From IMG/VR virus record IMGVR_UViG_3300028591_000203, positions 1 through 64,000 of that record: DNA of 64,000 nucleotides, one strand, 5' to 3'. This document shows positions 18,653-26,228 of the stretch, in pieces. The position numbers and the translations under genes were made by a program. Each line of letters begins with the position of its first letter. The first letter of the stretch is position 1. Source of the stretch: a virus. The notes under the pieces are model-generated. The model did not search any database. It saw nothing but the letters and a program-made list of their open reading frames with translations, and had not been told where the DNA came from.

Positions 18653-19096
18653 ATGAATAACGTAAAAGTAGGTAGAAAGTATAGACATTTCAAGGGTGAC
18701 ATTTATGAGGTAATTGCAGTTGGATATCATTCTGAAACACAGGAAAAGATGGTGGTTTATAAAGATATTGAAACTGGTAAGGTTTGTATCAGACCACATG
18801 CTATGTTTACTTCAGATGTAGATCATATTAAGTATCCAGATGTAAAGCAGAAGAAAAGATTTGAGCTTATTACAAATAATAAGAAGAAGAATAGACGAAA
18901 GAGAATTCTAAGTAATATTAAGAATGAAAGAGCACTTAAGGAATATTACGATTCTTATTTTGATAGTCTTCCATATTGTGAGGCAGATGATGATACTGAA
19001 GAATATGAATTTACTAATGAAGAAAAGCTCAAAATGGCAGAAGATTATGAAGCCTTTATGGAATCAGTAGCAAAGGAGAATCCAACTAATGGTTAA
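18653..19096 (+). CDS. DUF1653-like protein
   Basis: GRKYRHFKGDIYEVI...ETQEKMVVYKD...GKVCIRPHAMF fits the DUF1653 signature as recalled from memory. Confidence 0.45.
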   Translation: MNNVKVGRKYRHFKGDIYEVIAVGYHSETQEKMVVYKDIETGKVCIRPHAMFTSDVDHIKYPDVKQKKRFELITNNKKKNRRKRILSNIKNERALKEYYDSYFDSLPYCEADDDTEEYEFTNEEKLKMAEDYEAFMESVAKENPTNG

Positions 19097-19337
19097 TAAA
19101 AAATCTTGGGATGAATTTAGATCTTGCGGATTATTCTGGTTTGTAAATATGATTATTCATACATTCGGATGGGCACTTGCTTACGAAGTTGATGAAGACG
19201 GTAAAATTAAAACAGTTTATCCAGCAAGAGTTAAATATAGAGGTTTTCCTGAACACACAAATTCTGAAGGATATATTAGATTATCTAATTATCTAAAAGA
19301 AAATATTGATGATATTGCTAACGAAGCAAAGGAGTAA
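19089..19337 (+). CDS. hypothetical protein
   Basis: ORF track. Overlaps the previous stop. Confidence 0.35.
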   Translation: MVNKKSWDEFRSCGLFWFVNMIIHTFGWALAYEVDEDGKIKTVYPARVKYRGFPEHTNSEGYIRLSNYLKENIDDIANEAKE

Positions 19338-19342
19338 TAAAA

Positions 19343-19597
19343 ATGGCTAAAGAATTTAAATATGATGTATTAGCAGAAATTGGTACTGTCGAAGAAGGAT
19401 CAAGACAGGACACTATTGTTAAGGTTATTTCATGGAATGGTGGAGATCCTAAACTTGATATCCGTAAATGGAATAAAGAAGACGATAATATGGGAAAAGG
19501 TATTAGTATCTCACTTGACTGTGTAAAGAAGCTTATTGAACTTTTGAATCAAGTGGAAGATTCATATGAATCACCAAATGATTCTATTGATATGTAA
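19343..19597 (+). CDS. bacterial PC4/YdbC-like ssDNA-binding protein
   Basis: VISWNGGDPKLDIRKWNKED resembles the YdbC/PC4-like signature (ISWNGGxPKxDIRxW). Confidence 0.45.
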   Translation: MAKEFKYDVLAEIGTVEEGSRQDTIVKVISWNGGDPKLDIRKWNKEDDNMGKGISISLDCVKKLIELLNQVEDSYESPNDSIDM

Positions 19598-19604
19598 AAA
19601 TAAA

Positions 19605-19641
19605 AACCCCTAAGAGTATATTAACTCTTAGGGGTTTTACA
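19605..19641 (+). terminator. intrinsic terminator
   Basis: cccctaagagt/actcttagggg followed by TTTTA. Confidence 0.6.
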
Positions 19642-19706
19642 AAGTTATATATCAATAGGAGGAAATAACTTATATTAGATTGTTTTATTTGAAAAGGAGA
19701 ATTAAA

Positions 19707-20015
19707 ATGATTGTTAAGTTAAATATGCTTATTAATAATAATGCAGTTAATAATATTGACAGATCAATTAACAAGATTTGTTCATATATTGGCTGCAATA
19801 AAAATGAGCTTTATTATATAGAAGGAATTAATGATTCTTTATTTACTCCGTCTAAAGTATTTTTAGAAGAAGACAGTATTTCTTATTGTAATAATCGTGA
19901 AGGTTACGCATTTGTCATTTTTAAAAGTAAAGAAAATGGTAACTGTTTTATTATTAATGAAAAATTTGTTAAAGACTTAAAAGTAATTGATAAAATAAGT
20001 AATCGACTAAAATAA
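19707..20015 (+). CDS. hypothetical protein
   Basis: RBS GAAAAGGAGAA is followed by the ATG at 19707; the ORF track frame starts at 19680. Confidence 0.4.
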   Translation: MIVKLNMLINNNAVNNIDRSINKICSYIGCNKNELYYIEGINDSLFTPSKVFLEEDSISYCNNREGYAFVIFKSKENGNCFIINEKFVKDLKVIDKISNRLK

Positions 20016-20028
20016 GGGGTGATATATT

Positions 20029-20544
20029 ATGAATTATTCAGAAATTTTTTGGACTGATACAATTAATGGTGAAGGTTTAAGAGTTTCATTATTCACAAGT
20101 GGGTGTACTATTAGATGTCCAGGTTGTTTTAATACACAAGCTTGGGATTTTAATGCAGGTGAAAAATTTACTGCTGATGTAATGATTAATATTCTTGATC
20201 ATGTATTTAGCGATAAAATTAATTACGCTGGCTTATCTCTATTAGGCGGTGAACCTCTTGATAATATGGAAGGATTAACACCACTTCTTGAAGAATTTAA
20301 GCATATGAACAAAGTTAAAAAAGCTGATAAAAATGTATGGATCTGGTCTGGAAGAGATTTGGATGTTATACTTGAAGATAAGAAGAAAGTTGATTTTCTT
20401 TTCAAATATTGCAATACTATTGTAACTGGTCCGTTCATTGAAGATTTAAAAGATCTTACTCTTAAATTTAGAGGAAGTTCCAATCAGAAAATTTATACTA
20501 TTGATAAGGAGCATCGTACTTTCACACTTAGAGAGGATCTTTAA
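20029..20544 (+). CDS. nrdG: anaerobic ribonucleotide reductase activating protein (radical SAM)
   Basis: MNYSEIFWTDTINGEGLRVSLFTSGCTIRCPGCFNTQAW matches E. coli NrdG MNYHQYYPVDIVNGPGTRCTLFVSGCVHECPGCYNKSTW. Also has GGEPL. Confidence 0.85.
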   Translation: MNYSEIFWTDTINGEGLRVSLFTSGCTIRCPGCFNTQAWDFNAGEKFTADVMINILDHVFSDKINYAGLSLLGGEPLDNMEGLTPLLEEFKHMNKVKKADKNVWIWSGRDLDVILEDKKKVDFLFKYCNTIVTGPFIEDLKDLTLKFRGSSNQKIYTIDKEHRTFTLREDL

Positions 20545-20555
20545 GGAGGACAGAC

Positions 20556-21065
20556 ATGAGTTCTTTTAATGATATTTATGAAGAAAATAAGGATATTTAT
20601 ATTTCTTATAATGAATTTAATAAACATACAACTAAAGAAAATTTAAAAAAGAACGAGACAAGTATTGATAAATTTATTAATTATATTCTTCATGAAGATG
20701 ATTATAAACTTATAGAATATAAATTAAATCAGCATAGATATGCTTCTAAATATAAAGAATGTAAAACTGAATTAGTCAATCTAGCAACTAACTATTTTGA
20801 TACTTATAGAGATACTATTTATAAAAAAAGTGTATCTTATCAAAAATATAGATTCAATATGAGATTTAATTTTGCAAAGTTAGATTATTGTAGACAAAAT
20901 TCCTTTCAAAAAGATATTGGTAATCTGAATAAAATTTTTATTCCAACTAATGCATATTATCTACTTAGAGTTCTAGAATATATAATTGAATATTATTGTA
21001 CAGAAAAATACTATTATGGAAGAGAAGTATTAAAAATTCCATATCATAGCGTAAAAATAAAATAA
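20556..21065 (+). CDS. hypothetical protein
   Basis: ORF track. RBS AAGGAGGACA. Confidence 0.4.
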   Translation: MSSFNDIYEENKDIYISYNEFNKHTTKENLKKNETSIDKFINYILHEDDYKLIEYKLNQHRYASKYKECKTELVNLATNYFDTYRDTIYKKSVSYQKYRFNMRFNFAKLDYCRQNSFQKDIGNLNKIFIPTNAYYLLRVLEYIIEYYCTEKYYYGREVLKIPYHSVKIK

Positions 21066-21072
21066 ATTTTAA

Positions 21073-21108
21073 AAGGATAACCCATTATGGGTTATCCTTT
21101 TTTTTTTT
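21073..21108 (+). terminator. intrinsic terminator
   Basis: aggataaccc-atta-tgggttatcct followed by T11. Confidence 0.8.
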
Positions 21109-21147
21109 AGTATTAAAAATAATCATTAAATATATATTATAATTGTG
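21109..21147 (+). promoter_or_regulatory. conserved bipartite phage promoter, copy 2 (AGTATTAAA-N17-TATTATAATTGTG)
   Basis: Exact 17-nt spacing. Followed by RBS AAAGGAGG and the 21164 mini-gene. Confidence 0.55.
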
Positions 21148-21163
21148 AAAGGAGGTATTATTA

Positions 21164-21298
21164 TGAATAAAATTAAAATTAAAATGCCACCACTTAGTGA
21201 TAAAAGTGGAAATCTAAGTAATAAGGAGATTAAAAACTTCTTCAAGACATTGAAAAAATGTCTTGAAGATCATAAAGAAAATAAGACAGCAGAATAAT
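21164..21298 (+). CDS. 45-aa peptide (MNKIKIKMPPLSDKSGNLSNKEIKNFFKTLKKCLEDHKENKTAE)
   Basis: Below the ORF track threshold, but it has the canonical promoter, an AAAGGAGG RBS and its own terminator. Confidence 0.35.
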
Positions 21299-21320
21299 TT
21301 CTGCTGTCTTATTTTTTTTT
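21285..21320. terminator. intrinsic terminator
   Basis: agacagcag/ctgctgtct hairpin followed by T10. Confidence 0.7.
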
Positions 21321-21943
21321 TATATTTTTATGATAGATTCATCAAACTTATTATCATTCATATCAATAAGATTATTATAATTTTCAAGAGTTTCATCTGG
21401 AATATAATCTTTATATTTTTTTATGAATTTATTTACATCACCAAATACACTTTCAAGTTTAATAAATATCTTTCCAGCATGAACTAATTCATGTGCTGTT
21501 TTTGAAAGTTTTACTAAACCAACTTCATTTAGTTGATGTAACATTAATACTTCATCTATTATATCCATTGATGTAAATTTTTCATTATTAAGAATTCTTT
21601 TATTCATACAGATTTCAACTATATCGTAAAGAGTAAATGGATAGTGATGATATTCAAGAGTTAGACCATCTATATCATCAGATAAATTACCAAATACTGA
21701 ACATGAATGTAAACCTATTTCATTATTAAGATGACCTAAATAGTGTTTATATTCTTTAGACATTCTAATTTGTTTTTCTACATTTTTAATAAAAGCTTTA
21801 ACTTCTTTAGCTTCTGACCATTGTGTAAAATAAAAACTACCAATGATATTTTTACTATCACCTTTTCTAGCGATAACAACATTATCTTCTTTATTCAATG
21901 AAATAATATTATTTACTTCATTTGGTTTATTTATTTGTTTCAT
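21320..21943 (-). CDS. hypothetical protein with HExxH (TAHELVHAG) motif
   Basis: ORF track. Single HELVH motif only, which could be coincidental. Confidence 0.4.
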   Translation of the reverse strand: MKQINKPNEVNNIISLNKEDNVVIARKGDSKNIIGSFYFTQWSEAKEVKAFIKNVEKQIRMSKEYKHYLGHLNNEIGLHSCSVFGNLSDDIDGLTLEYHHYPFTLYDIVEICMNKRILNNEKFTSMDIIDEVLMLHQLNEVGLVKLSKTAHELVHAGKIFIKLESVFGDVNKFIKKYKDYIPDETLENYNNLIDMNDNKFDESIIKI

Positions 21944-22065
21944 ATACTCACCTCATTTATATTTTTTATAAAATATAAATTGCTGTTTTTACATATAATT
22001 TTTTTAAATATATATTATTTTAGTGATTAGTTGTAAGTTTCTTTTACCATTAAGGAGGGATGTGT

Positions 22066-22419
22066 ATGCTTAAGTCTGCATCTGTAAGTTTGATCAACGC
22101 ATTGAAGGAGAATTGCATTGAGTACAAGCAGTCCACTGAGATGGGCGGCTATCAGTACTTTGCAACGTATCCGAACGATTTTGGAGTAAGCATCATTAAG
22201 CACTTCGGTTCTTATGGTGCTAACTACGATCTTTGGGAGGCTGCTGTTATGAAGGGAGGTTCAATTTGTTACGACACTGACATTACCTATGACGTGGTAG
22301 GCTTTCTCAGTGATGAGGATGCTGTAAAGCTCATTCAGGCAGTGCAGAGGTTGGACGAAAATGGCAAGCTTTCGGAGGATGACCCTTACTTGGCTGGAGA
22401 GGAGGATGAGGGAGTTTAA
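22066..22419 (+). CDS. hypothetical acidic protein (GC-rich island gene)
   Basis: RBS AAGGAGGG then ATG at 22066. About 45% GC against the ~27% background. Confidence 0.45.
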   Translation: MLKSASVSLINALKENCIEYKQSTEMGGYQYFATYPNDFGVSIIKHFGSYGANYDLWEAAVMKGGSICYDTDITYDVVGFLSDEDAVKLIQAVQRLDENGKLSEDDPYLAGEEDEGV

Positions 22420-22497
22420 CTCCCTCTTTAATATTTAATTTACAACTAACAAAAATTTACTTAAATACAATAAATGAATCTTTAGGAGGATTTAATT

Positions 22498-24594
22498 ATG
22501 AGTGCAAATTTCAGAACATATGTAAACGAAATGCAGTCTCACATTGACGACATGGTGAAGGACGGTTTTCTCTATAGTCTGGATATTGAGCCAGATTATG
22601 TTTGGGAAAAGTATCTGGATAATTACCCTTCTGGAAGTAATGACATCTTCAGAAAGAGACGAGAGTTCGATTGCTCTTGTTGTCGAAGCTTCGTAAAGAA
22701 GTTTGGCAATGTTGTATCTCTTAAGGGAGGTAAGTATACTACAATTTGGGATTTTGAGGCTGAAGAGCCTTTCAATTCTGTTAACAAGCTCATGTCAGAT
22801 ATGCTTAAGGGTCTGATGATTAAAGACATCTATGTTCCCGACAAGAGACAGACTCTTGTAGGAACAGTTTATACCGTTGAGCTGTTGGAAGATTCCTCTA
22901 CCAGAAGATGGAATCATTTCAACTACAACACTGACAAATATCTTATTAAGTTCAATGATAAGTTCAGAGTAATGCCGTCTGAACTTAAGTCTGAAGTTAC
23001 AGGTCGTATCAGAGATGATAAGGCTGTATTCAAGAGATCTCTTGATGAAATCTCTATGGATGCTCTTCAGACAGTTCTTGAACTGATCGCTGCAGGTAGT
23101 ATCTATCGTGGCGATGAGTGGAAGAATAACCTTCAGGTTTTCAAGACTATTAAGAAGGATTATGATTCTCTCACTAGCGAATATGACAAAGACCTGTTCG
23201 CTTGGGAGCAGGCTGCAAATGTTTCCCCTGCGGTAGTACGAATTAAGAACCATTCAATGGGTAAGCTCCTTACAGATATTACTGATGGGATTGATCTTGA
23301 CCGTGCTGTAAAGGCATGGGAAGATATGGTGGCTGGTCCTAACTATAAGAGACCAAAGCCTCTCTTCACAAAGAAGATGCTGGAGGATGCTAAAAATAAG
23401 CTTGCAGAAATGAACTATCTCGATAGTCTTAAGAGAAGATATGCAGTTCTTGACGATATCTCTGTAAACGATATTCTTTTCTGTGACAGAAATGCTGCAA
23501 AGAGAATTAAGGGTACAGGTGACATTTTCGATGAAATGGCTTCTTCTATTCCAGTGAATCCTAAGAGTTTCTCTAAGGTAGAGGAAGTAAATATTGATAC
23601 ATTCGTATCAAGTATCCTTCCAACTGCAAAGTCTATTGAATTATTCCTCGACAATAGACTTACAAAGAATCTTGTAAGTCTTATTGCACCTGAGATTCCT
23701 GGTAGTAAGTCTATGTTCAAGTGGAATAATCCTTTCTCTTGGGCTTACACTGGCAACATTACAGATTCCAATATTAAGGAAAATGTAAAGAATGCTGGTG
23801 GTAACGTGACTGGAGATCTGAGATTCAGCATTCAGTGGAATGATGAGAATCAGTGGGATCAGGATGATCTCGATGCACATTGCATTGAGAGATACAGTGG
23901 AAGAAAGAAATATGAGATTTATTATGGCAATAGATCAAACAGTTCTCCTAATGGTGGTAGACTTGATGTAGATATCATTCATCCTACTAAGGGTGTTGCT
24001 GCTGTAGAGAACATTTTCTATAGCACTAAAGATACTATCAAGGACGGAACTACATTCCAGTTCTTCGTACATCAGTTTACTAACAGAGGAGGAAAGACTG
24101 GATTCAAGGCTGAGATTGAATTCAATGGTCAGCTTTATCAGTTCGAATATAGAGGAAATATTCCTGATGGAGAAAACATTCAGGTTGCTGAAGTAACTTA
24201 TAAGAATGGAGAGTTCTCTATCAAGGAAAAGCTTCCTTCTACTATGAGTTCTAAGGATCTGTGGGGTCTTACCTCTATGCAGTTCCATCCTGTTACAGTT
24301 ATTATGAATTCTCCTAACTTCTGGGAAGGTTCTTCAATGACTGGTAACAAGCATTGGTTCTTCATGCTTGATGGAATGGTTAACGAGGAGAATCCTAATG
24401 GATTTTATAACGAATTCCTTGTTCCTGAACTTGATAAGTATCGTCATGTTACTGAAGCACTTGGTGAAAAGCTGAGTGTTGTAAGTGCAGACGATCAGCT
24501 GAGTGGTGTTGGATTCTCTAGCACTATCAGAAATAATGTCATCCTTAAGGTGACAACAAACAACACAACAAGAACTCTTAAGGTGACTTTCTAA
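22498..24594 (+). CDS. large hypothetical protein (698 aa; CSCC cluster; beta-rich C-terminus), GC-rich island gene
   Basis: ORF track. RBS AGGAGGA. No catalytic motif recognised. Confidence 0.45.
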   Translation: MSANFRTYVNEMQSHIDDMVKDGFLYSLDIEPDYVWEKYLDNYPSGSNDIFRKRREFDCSCCRSFVKKFGNVVSLKGGKYTTIWDFEAEEPFNSVNKLMSDMLKGLMIKDIYVPDKRQTLVGTVYTVELLEDSSTRRWNHFNYNTDKYLIKFNDKFRVMPSELKSEVTGRIRDDKAVFKRSLDEISMDALQTVLELIAAGSIYRGDEWKNNLQVFKTIKKDYDSLTSEYDKDLFAWEQAANVSPAVVRIKNHSMGKLLTDITDGIDLDRAVKAWEDMVAGPNYKRPKPLFTKKMLEDAKNKLAEMNYLDSLKRRYAVLDDISVNDILFCDRNAAKRIKGTGDIFDEMASSIPVNPKSFSKVEEVNIDTFVSSILPTAKSIELFLDNRLTKNLVSLIAPEIPGSKSMFKWNNPFSWAYTGNITDSNIKENVKNAGGNVTGDLRFSIQWNDENQWDQDDLDAHCIERYSGRKKYEIYYGNRSNSSPNGGRLDVDIIHPTKGVAAVENIFYSTKDTIKDGTTFQFFVHQFTNRGGKTGFKAEIEFNGQLYQFEYRGNIPDGENIQVAEVTYKNGEFSIKEKLPSTMSSKDLWGLTSMQFHPVTVIMNSPNFWEGSSMTGNKHWFFMLDGMVNEENPNGFYNEFLVPELDKYRHVTEALGEKLSVVSADDQLSGVGFSSTIRNNVILKVTTNNTTRTLKVTF

Positions 24595-24636
24595 GTCACC
24601 TTAAGTTCTTTATATATTATTAAGGAGGAAAATATT

Positions 24637-25047
24637 ATGGATATCAATGAAATCTTTGTAAAGGCAACAAGAGGCAAGTATCGTTATTCATTTAAGGGTC
24701 TTATTTCTACAGAAGATCTGTGGGATCTGACTCTGGCAAACCTGAAAATCATCTACACTAATGTAAAGGAGACTCTTTCCACTCTGCAGGGTGACGATGA
24801 TAATCTCTTTGCTGATACTGCGGTAGATAAGAAGACTGCTGCAACAATTGATGAACTTAAAACACAGCTTGAAATTATTAAGTACATCGTAACAGTTAAG
24901 AAAGAGGAAGAGACTGCTCGTAAGAAGGCAGCTGAAAACGCAGCTCTTAAGAAGAAGCTTACAGCAATTCTTGCTGATAAGCAGGAAGATGCTCTCAAGA
25001 ATCTTTCTGAAGAGGAGCTTCTTAAGAAGATTGCCGAACTCGGCTAA
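24637..25047 (+). CDS. hypothetical coiled-coil protein
   Basis: ORF track. RBS AAGGAGGAAAA. Confidence 0.4.
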   Translation: MDINEIFVKATRGKYRYSFKGLISTEDLWDLTLANLKIIYTNVKETLSTLQGDDDNLFADTAVDKKTAATIDELKTQLEIIKYIVTVKKEEETARKKAAENAALKKKLTAILADKQEDALKNLSEEELLKKIAELG

Positions 25048-25055
25048 TTAATAAA

Positions 25056-25096
25056 GAGGATAACCCTTTATGGGTTATCCTCTTCTTTTTTTTTTT
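25056..25096. terminator. bidirectional intrinsic terminator
   Basis: agaggataaccc-ttta-tgggttatcctct followed by T12. Same loop family as 21073. Confidence 0.8.
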
Positions 25097-25448
25097 ATCT
25101 TTTTTGAAGTTTAACTTCTTTTTTAGTAGTTTCTGTTACTCTAAAACCATTTTGTTGATATTTTATTACAATATTTATAAGACTATTTGGTAGTGTGATT
25201 GATTGTGCGTCTAATAAATTAATAGAATTACTAATAATAGTATCTACATCTTTACTTTTAATAAATGTATCCATCACTTCAAAATATATAATATCTAAAT
25301 TTTTATCTAAAGCTACGCATCCAGCATATTGACCGTTCTCTGAATATATGAAACCTTTAAAAACATTTTTAAACTTTAATTTTTTTAAATTATTTTTCTT
25401 ATCTTTATAAAGTTTAAGATGAGTTTCATTTAATTCAAATCTTTCCAA
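25095..25448 (-). CDS. hypothetical protein
   Basis: ORF track. Confidence 0.35.
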   Translation of the reverse strand: MERFELNETHLKLYKDKKNNLKKLKFKNVFKGFIYSENGQYAGCVALDKNLDIIYFEVMDTFIKSKDVDTIISNSINLLDAQSITLPNSLINIVIKYQQNGFRVTETTKKEVKLQKR

Positions 25449-25495
25449 TTTATTTCACTCCTTATATAATTAAAATATAAAAATTTTGTTTAAAC

Positions 25496-25534
25496 CGTAT
25501 TAAATTATAATCTCGATAATATATTATAATTGTG
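25496..25534 (+). promoter_or_regulatory. conserved bipartite phage promoter, copy 3 (CGTATTAAA-N17-TATTATAATTGTG)
   Basis: Exact 17-nt spacing. Followed by a 150-nt leader containing an aaactct/agagttt hairpin. Confidence 0.55.
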
Positions 25535-25687
25535 AGAAGAAGAAAATAATAATAAAACTTCTATCTCAAACTGAGTTGGATTATAATAAAAAACTCTCTC
25601 AGCAACAAAAAAAGAGTTTCTTCAATTGCAGATGTTCGAGTAATCGATTTCCTGGTTGAAGTTTATATGATCCAAAAGGAGGTCATT

Positions 25688-26158
25688 ATGATGTTCACAA
25701 TTATCTTTACACCAGAGTGGAGCAACTCAATTTTCGAAGGTCTCAGGATTGAGGCCGAAAACGAGATTCAGGCTGTTGCTAATGCGGCCAGGATGTCCAA
25801 GTATTCGAAGGTTCTCTGTGTGACAGAAGAACCTGGTCTGCTGGAATATTCCAGCAGCAACGTAATTCCGAGTTCATTCCATTGCTCGGATATACCACTT
25901 GTAGCATTGTATAAAAATGGGAATGTGAAATTCACAACAATCGAAATTCCTATCACTGATAGGAATAGAGACAAAAAGAAGTATGATGAGGAGGACTTAA
26001 TCATGGCAGTACGAAATATACTGCTGAGAAAAAGTGGAAACAAAATACCTCCAGATCATGTACTCGTTGGCGATCGTCACGTTGAAGTGGCGATAGGCGA
26101 CTGTTATTCGGGGTACGATGATTCCATCGAGCCTTATCATAATCTTTCATTTAAGTGA
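25688..26158 (+). CDS. hypothetical protein, promoter-cassette gene (about 47% GC)
   Basis: RBS AAAAGGAGG is followed by ATGATGTTC. The ORF track frame starts at 25667 and includes the RBS. Confidence 0.45.
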   Translation: MMFTIIFTPEWSNSIFEGLRIEAENEIQAVANAARMSKYSKVLCVTEEPGLLEYSSSNVIPSSFHCSDIPLVALYKNGNVKFTTIEIPITDRNRDKKKYDEEDLIMAVRNILLRKSGNKIPPDHVLVGDRHVEVAIGDCYSGYDDSIEPYHNLSFK

Positions 26159-26191
26159 TAGATAAGTGATAAGGCTTGATGCTTTAATTTA

Positions 26192-26228
26192 TAGTCCAAC
26201 CCATTTATGGGTTGGACTAATTTTTTTA
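26192..26228. terminator. intrinsic terminator
   Basis: tagtccaaccc-attta-tgggttggacta followed by T8. Confidence 0.75.

Noticed and set aside
20029-20544. Radical-SAM CxxxCxxC protein as QueE (7-deazaguanine DNA modification) rather than NrdG
   Set aside because: The N-terminal 40 residues match NrdG nearly position by position (MNY..DTINGEG.R..LFTSGC..RCPGC.N...W). Its 171-aa length fits NrdG, not QueE.
21320-21943. HELVH motif suggesting a zinc metalloprotease
   Set aside because: It is a single HExxH pentapeptide without the downstream third ligand or any recognisable protease fold context. It is kept as hypothetical only.
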